From contig DASTDY010000063.1 of NCBI GenBank assembly GCA_035710125.1, positions 86,446 through 150,445 on the forward strand: a stretch of 64,000 bases of DNA, read 5' to 3'. Source of the DNA: Candidatus Saccharimonadales bacterium. Lineage in GTDB: Bacteria > Patescibacteriota > Saccharimonadia > Saccharimonadales > EFPC-124. Made by a program: the position numbers and the translations under genes. Under the pieces are notes generated by a model that searched no databases, was not told where the DNA came from, and saw only the letters and a program-made list of their open reading frames with translations. Shown in pieces: positions 29,142-37,613 of the stretch (its first letter is position 1; every line of letters starts with the position of its first letter).

Positions 29142-30659
29142 ATGGAGCTAGGAGTCATCTTAGCAGCTGTTATTGGCGCAGGGGCCGGTGCAGGTGGCGT
29201 TTACGTGGTAAACCAACGCCGCGGCACGGCCGGAGCCGCTAAGGCCCAGCAGCTAATTGCCGATGCAAAAAACAAAGCTAAAACAATAGAAATAGAGGCC
29301 AAAGACAAGGCCCTAAAAACCAGTGACGAAGCCGCAAAAGAGGATCAGAAACGCCGCAAAGAGCTGATTGCCGTAGAATCCCGCATTGCCGACCGCGAAG
29401 CTAGCCTAGACAAAAAGCTAGAAGACCTCGACACGCGCAGTGAGCGTTTGCGCAAAGAAGAAACAGAGGTAGAGTCACTGAAGCACGAAATCCGCGAAAT
29501 CCGCGGGCAGCAACTCGCCAAGCTCGAAAAGGTAGCTGGCCTTTCTAAAAAAGAGGCCGCCGAAAAGCTCCTGCAAATGACAGAACGCGATGTGTCTAAA
29601 GATTTGCTGGGCCTCGTTAATAAATTACAAGCAGACGCCGTAAAAGACGCCGAAGAAAAAGCCCAAATGGTGCTCGTGAGCGCCATGGAACGTATGTCGT
29701 CAGATGTCACTAGCGAAAAGACAGTCACCGCCGTAAAGCTGACCGACGACGAAATGAAAGGCCGCATTATCGGCAAAGAAGGCCGCAACATCCAGGCAAT
29801 CCAACGCGAAACCGGCGTAGACATTTTAGTAGACGACACGCCCGGCATGGTAGTGCTGAGCAGCTTCGATCCAATTCGCCGCCAAGTTGCCCGCCTTGCA
29901 CTAGAGATGCTCATGAAAGATGGGCGCATCCACCCCGCCCGCATTGAAGAAGTCGTAGCAAAAGCCCAAAAGCAAATCGACAAAGAAATAGACCAAGCTG
30001 GCGAAGACGCCGTGCGCGAAGTTGGCGTGGTTGGCCTTGTGCCAAAAGAAATGCAGCGCTTGCTGGGTGAGCTAAAATTCCGCACGTCTTACGGCCAAAA
30101 CGTGCTCAAACACTCTACCGAAATGGCGCACATTGCCGGCCTTATTGCCGATGAAATCGGTGTAGATATCCGCACCGTAAAAGTGGCTGCTCTGTTACAC
30201 GATGTAGGTAAAGCGCTCACCCATAAGATAGAAGGCAAGCACCACCACATTAGTGCCGAAATGGCCCGCAAATATGGCATGCCCGACAACATAGTGCACG
30301 CCATAGAAGCCCACCACGACGACATAGAGGCAACCACACCAGAAGCGTTAGTGGTGCGCGTGGTAGACGCCTTAAGCGCCGCCCGCCCTGGCGCGCGCAA
30401 CATAAGCGCCGAAAACTTTGCCGAGCGCATGCGCGAACTAGAAAACGTAGCTTTAAGCTTTGAAGGCATAGATAAAGCCTACGCCATAAGCGCCGGCCGC
30501 GAAGTGCGCGTCATTGTGCGCCCGCAGCAAATCGACGACCTAAGTGCCATAAAATTAGCGCGCGATATCGCCACCAAAATTGAATCAACCATGCAGTACC
30601 CCGGCACCATTAAGGTAAACGTTATCCGCGAAACCCGCGCAACCGAATACGCCAAATAA
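29142..30659 (+). CDS. rny: ribonuclease Y
   Basis: N-terminal TM, coiled coil, KH (GRIIGKEGRNI) and HD (LLHDVGK) domains. Confidence 0.95.
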   Translation: MELGVILAAVIGAGAGAGGVYVVNQRRGTAGAAKAQQLIADAKNKAKTIEIEAKDKALKTSDEAAKEDQKRRKELIAVESRIADREASLDKKLEDLDTRSERLRKEETEVESLKHEIREIRGQQLAKLEKVAGLSKKEAAEKLLQMTERDVSKDLLGLVNKLQADAVKDAEEKAQMVLVSAMERMSSDVTSEKTVTAVKLTDDEMKGRIIGKEGRNIQAIQRETGVDILVDDTPGMVVLSSFDPIRRQVARLALEMLMKDGRIHPARIEEVVAKAQKQIDKEIDQAGEDAVREVGVVGLVPKEMQRLLGELKFRTSYGQNVLKHSTEMAHIAGLIADEIGVDIRTVKVAALLHDVGKALTHKIEGKHHHISAEMARKYGMPDNIVHAIEAHHDDIEATTPEALVVRVVDALSAARPGARNISAENFAERMRELENVALSFEGIDKAYAISAGREVRVIVRPQQIDDLSAIKLARDIATKIESTMQYPGTIKVNVIRETRATEYAK

Positions 30660-31264
30660 TGCAGACCGAAATCGAAGTAAAGTTTTTGGGTGTAAACCAC
30701 GACGACGTGCGCAAAAGATTGCAGGCCGCAGGCGCGGTATGCGAACAGCCAATGCGTTTAATGCACCGCACCGTTATGGATTTTCCAGATTTACGGCTGC
30801 AGACGTCGTCGGACGGTTTTGTACGCATCCGCGACGAAGGCAACAAGGTAGAGGTAACGTACAAGCAGTTTAATAAGGCGCTTTCAATCGACGGCGCCAA
30901 AGAGGTTGCCGTGGTTGTAGACGATTACGCCCGCGCCATAAAACTTTTCGAAGCCATTGGTTTGCAGGCTAAATCCGAACAAGAATCCAAACGCGAAAAC
31001 TGGCGCTTAGGCGATTGCGAGATTGTGCTAGACGAATGGCCCTGGCTGCGCCCTTACATTGAAATCGAAGGCCCGCATGAAGATGCAATCCGTTCACTCG
31101 CCCAAAAACTAGGCTTTAATTGGGCCGACGCGGTAACCGGATCTGTTACCGTAGCCTACCGCGCAGAATACGACATACCGCGTGAATTGTCGGTTGATAA
31201 GAATCCGCGGATTGCTTTTGACGAGCCAGTGCCGGAGTGGATGGCCAAAACGCGTCGTGCATAG
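30659..31264 (+). CDS. CYTH-domain protein (CyaB/triphosphatase-like)
   Basis: MQTEIEVKFL... carries the EXEXK motif; the start overlaps the rny stop (TAATG). Confidence 0.8.
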   Translation: MQTEIEVKFLGVNHDDVRKRLQAAGAVCEQPMRLMHRTVMDFPDLRLQTSSDGFVRIRDEGNKVEVTYKQFNKALSIDGAKEVAVVVDDYARAIKLFEAIGLQAKSEQESKRENWRLGDCEIVLDEWPWLRPYIEIEGPHEDAIRSLAQKLGFNWADAVTGSVTVAYRAEYDIPRELSVDKNPRIAFDEPVPEWMAKTRRA

Positions 31265-31333
31265 AAACTTATAGTTATCCTAGGCTTCCTTCTTGTAAAG
31301 TTTTCTTGAGGCTTTGCTATTATTAAATGTAAT

Positions 31334-32164
31334 ATGAGATTCAAGCCATTTTCTGAAAAGTATGATTTTACTAAGTCTGAATTAACCGAACATTACCCGT
31401 TATATTTACGCCGACCAATAGCACAATGGTTTCATGATTTGGTTGCAGAAAATGAACTCGGATATTTTACAAATTCATATATCTCAAGGATTTCAGGACT
31501 AAAACCTGGTTTTGTAAATAATTTAAATACAATCTTTCGAGAGAATTTTCCAACCGATCTCCAAGACTTTATTAAAAAAATATTTAGTGACGCCGATCTA
31601 ACCAGCAACTTTCTGGCGCTACTTCTTCAGAATATATGCAAAGGAGTGGATGCTGTTAGATTAGAAATGATACTCTCAAATGGCGGTTCCGCATTTGCTG
31701 TAGAAAAAGTCGATAAATCTGCTAATTCATATGATGCAGGCGTCTATGATTTAGTAAAAAGAGTGCCGGAAGTAGTGGCTAAACAGGCGGCGGAAGCACT
31801 TACGTCTAATGAGTTAATAAAGGAAGCGTGGAATGCTTGCTACTCTCGCAATCCAGACTACGAAAGAACAGTAAATAGATGCTGTGATGCACTTGAACAT
31901 ATGCTTCGAGATAAGTATGAGTCGAAAAATGTTAAACCTCAGCTCGGCATGCTCATAAAGAATTTACAGACAACCCCTGGCAAATTAAGTTTTAAGGGCG
32001 ATACTTTATTAAGAAATAAAGCAGATCTAATGAGTCTAGTTAGCTCGGCAACTCAGGTTCGAGGAAGCCATACAGCTGGTACCGGACGCAAACCTACCTC
32101 TGAAGAAGCTGAATTTATTTTGCATTCAACAATTCTAATTTGGAATGTGCATCAAGCTATCTAA
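31334..32164 (+). CDS. hypothetical protein, possibly Abi_C/HEPN-like (tentative)
   Basis: 276 aa, AT-rich. The C-terminal region ...RCCDALEHMLRDKY...VRGSHTAGTGRKPTSEEAEFILHSTILIW resembles Abi_C/TIGR02391-type helical domains, but no clean Rx4-6H is present. Confidence 0.55.
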   Translation: MRFKPFSEKYDFTKSELTEHYPLYLRRPIAQWFHDLVAENELGYFTNSYISRISGLKPGFVNNLNTIFRENFPTDLQDFIKKIFSDADLTSNFLALLLQNICKGVDAVRLEMILSNGGSAFAVEKVDKSANSYDAGVYDLVKRVPEVVAKQAAEALTSNELIKEAWNACYSRNPDYERTVNRCCDALEHMLRDKYESKNVKPQLGMLIKNLQTTPGKLSFKGDTLLRNKADLMSLVSSATQVRGSHTAGTGRKPTSEEAEFILHSTILIWNVHQAI

Positions 32165-32279
32165 AGCGCACTTTGGCCAAAAGTTTTCCACTATATCTAT
32201 TATTGAACTCCGAGGGAGTGTGTGGTTTTATACCTGCGTTGAGCAATTGCTTAACAAACCTCGGCGATTGGAAATACGC

Positions 32280-32783
32280 ATGAAAAGGTTGCGTGCGCGC
32301 ATTGCCACGGCAATGTTGGGCGTGCTACTGGTGTTGGGCGGGGCTGCAATGCACGTTCCGGCAGCAGTAGCAGCGGAAAGTTGCTATGGCGACTACTGTT
32401 CGGGCAAGGATCCGTCGCGTGTGGGAGTCGGCGGCGTTCCATGTGCGGATCGTGCCGACACCGTTCGTTCCGCCAGGGTCAACATGAGCGATGGGTTTGG
32501 CGGGTACTACGAGGTTGGCACCCTTGAAGTGCGCTGGTCGGCACGCTGCCAGACCAACTGGGCGCGGCTCAGTCTGGAAAGAGACGCCTACGGCATTCTG
32601 GGGATCAACATCCTGCAGGACACCGGCTACAAGCAATACAAGTCGACCAGAGGGTTTGACGGCGGAACAAGCAAAGGTGTGTTCTGGACGAACATGATCT
32701 ACTCACCAACGGCGCGCGTCATGGCGTATCTGCATCACACGTGGCCGCCGCCCTGCACCGTGTGCGCGACTGAGTGGGTGTAA
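32280..32783 (+). CDS. secreted DUF2690-type protein, GC-rich cassette D
   Basis: Signal peptide MKRLRARIATAMLGVLLVLGGAAMHVPAAVA, then CYGDYCSGKDPSRVG..C...EVRWSARCQTNWARL, the Cys pattern of DUF2690. The upstream part of the listed ORF was trimmed. Confidence 0.8.
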   Translation: MKRLRARIATAMLGVLLVLGGAAMHVPAAVAAESCYGDYCSGKDPSRVGVGGVPCADRADTVRSARVNMSDGFGGYYEVGTLEVRWSARCQTNWARLSLERDAYGILGINILQDTGYKQYKSTRGFDGGTSKGVFWTNMIYSPTARVMAYLHHTWPPPCTVCATEWV

Positions 32784-32805
32784 GAACTCTGCGCCAAGGG
32801 AGATA

Positions 32806-32848
32806 GTGAGGTCGGCTAGTTTTGTACAATAGAACTAGCCGACCTCAC
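32806..32848 (+). terminator. perfect 16-bp hairpin after cassette D
   Basis: GTGAGGTCGGCTAGTT-11 nt-AACTAGCCGACCTCAC. Confidence 0.55.
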
Positions 32849-32874
32849 GGATAATAAAATTTAAAGGACAAAAT

Positions 32875-33108
32875 ATGGAATTCGACACAGTTATATGGAG
32901 CATTGTGATCTTTGCAAAACTTTTATTAGTAAATTTGGTACTGCCTATCGTTATCGTAATTTATTTGGACAAGATATTATCCTTCATGCGCATTAGCAAA
33001 TTTTTAGATATAAATACCACCCGTCTAATCCGTAGTCTTCTTATTGTCTATGCGTTTATTTTTGGAGTTATTAAACCCTTGCTTGCCCTAATTACCGGGA
33101 AATTTTAA
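32875..33108 (+). CDS. small membrane protein (2 TM)
   Basis: 77 aa, hydrophobic; AAAGGA SD; first gene of a five-gene same-strand array. Confidence 0.55.
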   Translation: MEFDTVIWSIVIFAKLLLVNLVLPIVIVIYLDKILSFMRISKFLDINTTRLIRSLLIVYAFIFGVIKPLLALITGKF

Positions 33109-33440
33109 TGGCACAAACCCAAAATATTAATCGTTCAACCAGGTTTGTCTTAATTGGTGTATTTATCGCCATTTTCAGTTACGTATTAACTCCAATCTTG
33201 ATTTGGCTATTTAGCTTTCTGGAGTTTCTTGTACCCCTTAACGTAGCGATTGGAACTATGCTGGCGACATTTGCAGGCTACGCGCTACAAGAATGTATCA
33301 GGGGATCAAAATTGGTTTTAAGAAACAAGTTGATTGCTGCTGTTCTGGCACTTACTACGGTAGTTATTGCGAATATACTTTTCCAAATGTGGGTGCGATA
33401 TTCCTTAACCCAGCAGATTCAAGAGATTATGAGTCGCTAA
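33108..33440 (+). CDS. small membrane protein (3 TM)
   Basis: 110 aa; TAATG overlap with the upstream gene. Confidence 0.55.
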   Translation: MAQTQNINRSTRFVLIGVFIAIFSYVLTPILIWLFSFLEFLVPLNVAIGTMLATFAGYALQECIRGSKLVLRNKLIAAVLALTTVVIANILFQMWVRYSLTQQIQEIMSR

Positions 33441-33472
33441 TAATGCGAGTAAGTATGATCTAACGTAAGGTT

Positions 33473-33856
33473 ATGGATTTTCAGCTCTTAATCAATATTC
33501 TTATTGCCTTCAGCATACTTCTTGCGCTAACAAGCAGGTATATGCGCGTAGGTTTGATAACAGGAACCATTAGTTTCTTGGCGCTGGCAGTTTATAGCTA
33601 TATAGAAAATCACGATGTTCTGCTGGCAATCCTCAGTATTGGTGGCATGCTAGGGTTAATCTACGAACTCGCAAAATCAATCCGTAACACAAAATATCAT
33701 CTCGATAAAAAAAGTAAACTTATAATAAGTGGCACCATTATGCTTTTAGGGGTCTGGCACACTAGTCTTGGCTCGTTGTCGCCTTACCTAATTTCGGGCA
33801 TCTTTGCAGTGGCTCTTGTGATCGTAGATATAAAAAAGCCGAAACAAAAGGTTTAG
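33473..33856 (+). CDS. small membrane protein (4 TM)
   Basis: 127 aa; TAAGG SD. Confidence 0.55.
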   Translation: MDFQLLINILIAFSILLALTSRYMRVGLITGTISFLALAVYSYIENHDVLLAILSIGGMLGLIYELAKSIRNTKYHLDKKSKLIISGTIMLLGVWHTSLGSLSPYLISGIFAVALVIVDIKKPKQKV

Positions 33857-33859
33857 TCC

Positions 33860-34237
33860 GTGGACGCACCAACTCCACATATTTTATTTAGCATCATGCT
33901 TGGATTAGTGGGCATAGCCGGCATTACGACAGCGATGGCGTTTGTGATGAATGAAAATACACGCAGCCTTGGCGTGTTCATCGGCATAACGTTTATTACT
34001 TTGTTAGTGGCTCAGATTATCACTACCGGCTATTCAGAGTTTGGTAATGTGCCGTACTGGTGGATATTGCTTATTATTGCCGGTGTAGGCTTGCTTCTGT
34101 CGGTGTGGCAATGCAAAAGAATGCCTCGTAAATCACTGCTTAACAAAGAATTCTGGCAGCAGTGGAGGCGGGCGTTTTGGATGCTCTTTGGGGTTATGTT
34201 TATTGTGGGTGTATTGAAGTCTCTTTTTAGGGTATAA
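33860..34237 (+). CDS. small membrane protein (4 TM)
   Basis: 125 aa; GTG start 3 nt after the previous stop. Confidence 0.5.
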   Translation: MDAPTPHILFSIMLGLVGIAGITTAMAFVMNENTRSLGVFIGITFITLLVAQIITTGYSEFGNVPYWWILLIIAGVGLLLSVWQCKRMPRKSLLNKEFWQQWRRAFWMLFGVMFIVGVLKSLFRV

Positions 34238-34286
34238 ATATGCTCACTTCTTTATAAGCCTGAATAATTATCACCGGAGGGTTCTA

Positions 34287-34622
34287 ATGGAGTTTAAAGA
34301 TTTTGTACAGTATGCTGGCCTGACTATCTATAACATAATTATGGCCTACTTTCTAGGACTCATGATTTTTTGGACTTTGCCGGTGCCACACTTATCATGG
34401 CAGTTCAGTCTATTGCCTGGTTACGTAATTGGTGCAGTCATAAGTAGCTCACTGACATTCTTAATCATTAAAAAATGGCACGTAGAAAAAACGATAAAAA
34501 TAATCGTGGCTACGATTGTCCTAGTTGTTACGGTTGCCGTAAGTTATAGTGTCGTGACTGAGCGGTCAGATGCATTCACGGCACGGGCTCACCAATATAT
34601 GCAAGATAACTACGAAAAGTAA
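34287..34622 (+). CDS. small membrane protein (3 TM)
   Basis: 111 aa; GGAGGG SD. Confidence 0.55.
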   Translation: MEFKDFVQYAGLTIYNIIMAYFLGLMIFWTLPVPHLSWQFSLLPGYVIGAVISSSLTFLIIKKWHVEKTIKIIVATIVLVVTVAVSYSVVTERSDAFTARAHQYMQDNYEK

Positions 34623-34701
34623 ATAATATTTGTCGGTTCTAATTGATTCATCAGGCTCTGACAGTTCTTGCTGCTACCAGGTATAATCTTTTAGGGTTCA
34701 G

Positions 34702-35133
34702 ATGAATCGGAGGCGACAGTTGAAGTACATGACCGTAAGCGAAGGTCAACGCCGGACTTTTACTATCACATTGGGCCTCAGCGAGGGCTATGGAGACAAT
34801 TCCATAACCCACCATCCCAGTACTGCCGATAAGGTTGTTAGTACCTGGATGCAGGCTCGGTCAGAAGAAAGTCTGTTGACGATCGGCGGCTTTTTCAGCG
34901 AAATCAAGCTTCACTACACTTATCACGAGGGTGATAAGCCGCAGGCCAGGCACGAGCCAGGACTGCGTTTTTCGGGCGAAGTTTCGATTCGACGCCTAAG
35001 CGCTGTGTCCGATGCAGAGATTGAGGAAGCCTTGATTAATCTTGCAGATGCACTGGGTGCGGCACTGGGTCAGAAGCACGTGACTGTGACATATCGCGAA
35101 AGGGTTTGGATCCGAGAATTCCACGCCGGATAG
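34702..35133 (+). CDS. hypothetical protein, moderately GC-rich cassette E
   Basis: 143-aa ORF with no family recognised. An alternative start lies at Met10. Confidence 0.45.
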   Translation: MNRRRQLKYMTVSEGQRRTFTITLGLSEGYGDNSITHHPSTADKVVSTWMQARSEESLLTIGGFFSEIKLHYTYHEGDKPQARHEPGLRFSGEVSIRRLSAVSDAEIEEALINLADALGAALGQKHVTVTYRERVWIREFHAG

Positions 35134-35163
35134 ACGGCCCGTCAATTCATTAAACCGCCCATA

Positions 35164-35192
35164 GGCCGACCCTGGTCAATCCGGGGTCGGTC
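35164..35192 (+). terminator. GC-rich hairpin after cassette E
   Basis: GGCCGACCC/GGGTCGGTC (9 bp including one G-T pair). Confidence 0.4.
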
Positions 35193-35259
35193 GTGACAAT
35201 GCGCTGCATAACATACACACAACTTTGCAACTTCCCACCCCCTCTGCCATAATAAAACC

Positions 35260-35664
35260 ATGGCAGAGCTCAGTTACGACGACGTTCGCCGCGCCGCGCA
35301 GGAAGCTGCGAGTAACTTGCAGACTGCCCTTGGCGAAATCCGCAATAATGCGCAGTACATACGAAACGACATTGTAAGATTGAATCCGGCCGACTGCCAA
35401 TTGCGCCTTACTAACTTGCAGCGTACCCTCGATCAGCTACTCCAGTACATGCAGCGCATAGATGTGTATTTGCAAAATAATCAAAATATTACCAACGGAT
35501 TGCAGCAAACGCAACAACTTGTGCTACGCGTTGAACAAAGGCTGGTGAACACCGAGCATATTGTTGCTGAAACAACAAGATACCTAGAGGTTATACACGA
35601 ACAGATGGTCCAACTAAACGATCTTTACGCACAACAAATGGGCGGCATGCGGGCCGAACCATAA
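35260..35664 (+). CDS. coiled-coil hypothetical protein
   Basis: 134 aa, Gln/Leu/Asn-rich heptad-like sequence. The stop overlaps the ymdB start. Confidence 0.55.
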   Translation: MAELSYDDVRRAAQEAASNLQTALGEIRNNAQYIRNDIVRLNPADCQLRLTNLQRTLDQLLQYMQRIDVYLQNNQNITNGLQQTQQLVLRVEQRLVNTEHIVAETTRYLEVIHEQMVQLNDLYAQQMGGMRAEP

Positions 35665-36467
35665 TGCGAATTTTGTATTTGGGCGATATTATGGGCCGGC
35701 CTGGCCGCGAGGTAGTTGCCGCAGAGCTTTTAAAACTGCGCAAGCAACACGAGGTAGATTTAGTAATTGCCCAAGCAGAAAACGTGAGCCACGGCAAAGG
35801 AATGAGCCCCGCCCACATGCGCGAGCTGCAAACGGCGGGTGTGGATTTTTTTAGCGGCGGCAACCATACCATGGAGCGCGCGGCTACCAAACAACTGCTG
35901 GCAAACCCAGACATGCCAGTGATTGCGCCACTTAACCAGGCGGGTGTTGAACCCGATTGGGGTGCCAAGCGGGTCACCACGCCAAAGGGCGATGTGCTGG
36001 TAGCTAGCTTGCTGGGTGATGTGTTCCCTATGCCAATCGCCACAAGCAATCCACTTAAAGCTATAGACGACCTGCTTGAAAGCCCGCTTGCAAAAGACGT
36101 AGCTGCAATTGTAGTAAATTATCACGGCGAGTTTTCGAGCGAAAAACGCGTAATTGGCTATTACTTAGACGGCCGCGCCAGCCTAGTTGTTGGCGATCAC
36201 TGGCACGTACCCACCGCCGATGCCATGATATTGCCAAAAGGCACCGCACATATGACCGACGTTGGTATGTGCGGCACGCTACACTCCAGCTTAGGCGTGA
36301 GTAAAGAAATAATTATTGCCCGCTGGCGCGACGGCGCAAAAATAAAGAACGATATCGCAGATGGCTCGCCATACCAATTAAATGGTGTGCTTGTTACCGT
36401 AAGCCCGCGTACCCATTTGGCCGCAAAAATACAACCAATACATAAAATCCTTGAGAAACTAGGGTAG
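35664..36467 (+). CDS. ymdB: YmdB-family metallophosphoesterase (2',3'-cyclic nucleotide phosphodiesterase)
   Basis: MRILYLGDIMGRPGREVV..., AQAENVSHGKGM, GNHTMER. Confidence 0.9.
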   Translation: MRILYLGDIMGRPGREVVAAELLKLRKQHEVDLVIAQAENVSHGKGMSPAHMRELQTAGVDFFSGGNHTMERAATKQLLANPDMPVIAPLNQAGVEPDWGAKRVTTPKGDVLVASLLGDVFPMPIATSNPLKAIDDLLESPLAKDVAAIVVNYHGEFSSEKRVIGYYLDGRASLVVGDHWHVPTADAMILPKGTAHMTDVGMCGTLHSSLGVSKEIIIARWRDGAKIKNDIADGSPYQLNGVLVTVSPRTHLAAKIQPIHKILEKLG

Positions 36468-36493
36468 ATAGGCTATAATTCTTCTGAATGTAA

Positions 36494-36570
36494 CGGGGTG
36501 TGGCGCAGCCTGGTAGCGCGCGCGGTTTGGGACCGTGAGGTCGAAGGTTCGAATCCTTTCACCCCGACCA
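36494..36570 (+). tRNA. tRNA-Pro (UGG)
   Basis: Manual cloverleaf: acceptor CGGGGTG/CACCCCG, anticodon loop TTTGGGA, T-loop TTCGAAT, CCA encoded. Confidence 0.95.
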
Positions 36571-36608
36571 AGAAAAAAGAGTGAAGTTTTGTCTTCGCTC
36601 TTTTTTCT
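36571..36608 (+). terminator. hairpin/terminator after tRNA-Pro
   Basis: AGAAAAAAGAGTGAAG-loop-TCTTCGCTCTTTTTTCT. Confidence 0.55.
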
Positions 36609-36639
36609 TGGTCGGAATGCAGCGTGGTAAAATGCACAT

Positions 36640-37257
36640 ATGCATAAGCGTCATCTCCTTGCGCTATACCGTCTCTTTTTTGGGGTGCTCACTCTGTGGG
36701 CTGTATGGGTGCAATTTGCCCAAGGGTCTACCCGGGAGTCATTCGACCCTGTTAACTTTTTAAGCTTCTTTACGATAGAAAGCAACATTATAGCCGCCGT
36801 CTTATTTATTGTATCTGCGGCGCTAACGGCGCGCGGCAGCCAGAGTACGGCGCTAACTATATTACGCGGCGCCGCTACTCTTTATATGTTGGTGACAGGA
36901 GTGGTCTACAGCCTGTTACTGTCTGGTTTAGAAGAATCGCTGCAAACGACAATCCCGTGGGTTAATGCGGTGTTGCACTATATTATGCCTGCCGCCGTGT
37001 TATTTGATTGGTGTATAGATATCCCAAAACGGCGCATGTTATTTAGGCGCGCGCTTGTGTGGTTGGCGTTTCCGGCCGCGTATTTATTCTACAGTTTAGT
37101 GCGCGGTGCTGTTGTTGGGTGGTATCCGTACCCGTTCTTAAATCCTGCCTATTATGGGTACGCTGGTGTTGTTGTGACATGCGTGGGTATTCTAGGCGGT
37201 ATGGTTGCGCTTATTTGGTTGCTCACCAAAAGTACGCATATTGTGAACCGTAAATAG
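36640..37257 (+). CDS. Pr6Pr-family-like polytopic membrane protein
   Basis: 205 aa, six TM helices, FFTIESNIIAAVLF motif. Confidence 0.6.
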   Translation: MHKRHLLALYRLFFGVLTLWAVWVQFAQGSTRESFDPVNFLSFFTIESNIIAAVLFIVSAALTARGSQSTALTILRGAATLYMLVTGVVYSLLLSGLEESLQTTIPWVNAVLHYIMPAAVLFDWCIDIPKRRMLFRRALVWLAFPAAYLFYSLVRGAVVGWYPYPFLNPAYYGYAGVVVTCVGILGGMVALIWLLTKSTHIVNRK

Positions 37258-37261
37258 GCCA

Positions 37262-37613
37262 AAGAAACAGGCTCGACGTATCGAGCCCGGGCGGGAAAGC
37301 CGAACGTTCATTGAAGTGTTTTTAGAGGGAGTCGCGCCGCAGGCACCAGGCGGGCATCGACAAGATGCCTACGGCGGACTCTTCGAGCGATAGATCTAAC
37401 GGCTCATTGCCGCATGGTGTTTGTCTTGCAGCCCTCGGGCGGCTGGTGGAGAGGAAGTGGCGCAGCTCTTCATAACCAGAGACAAACTAAGATCTTTCGC
37501 TCGCTCAGGCACCCTACAGGGCACAAAACGGTTCAATGGAAGGCGACAGCTAGCAAGCAACTGTCTTTTTGGTCGGCTACTCGACCGCAGCACTCTACGG
37601 AGGTAGGAATGCC
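37262..37613 (-). ncRNA. rnpB: candidate RNase P RNA (divergent, type A-like order of conserved regions)
   Basis: The minus strand has TTGACT-N18-TATGAT (37648..37619) upstream and a GGCTCGA/TCGAGCC hairpin plus T-rich tail at the 3' end. In canonical order it carries GAGUAGCCGACC (37582..37571, CR-I-like), AUGAAGAGCUGCGCCAC (37473..37457, cf GGUAAGAGCGCACC), CUCCACC...GCAAGACAAACA (37451..37418, cf CUCCACCCGGAGCAAGGCCAAA), UUAGAUCUAUCGCUC (CR-IV-like) and GAACGUUCGGCUUU (37309..37296, cf ACAGAACCCGGCUUA). AGCCGA/UCGGCU can form P4. Confidence 0.55.

Larger units (their letters stand above)
31265..34690. other. AT-rich accessory island (with a nested GC-rich insertion at about 32165-32850)
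   Basis: Hand counts on single lines: 31381-31440 gives 22/60 G+C, 33001-33060 gives 19/60, and the nested 32461-32520 gives 36/60. The island lies between rny-CYTH and ymdB. Confidence 0.6.

Noticed and set aside
31334-32164. Firm call of a HEPN/abortive-infection nuclease
   Set aside because: I could not find a clean Rx4-6H motif; the nearest is VRGSH. The resemblance to Abi_C/TIGR02391 comes from memory of the pattern only, so the call stays tentative.
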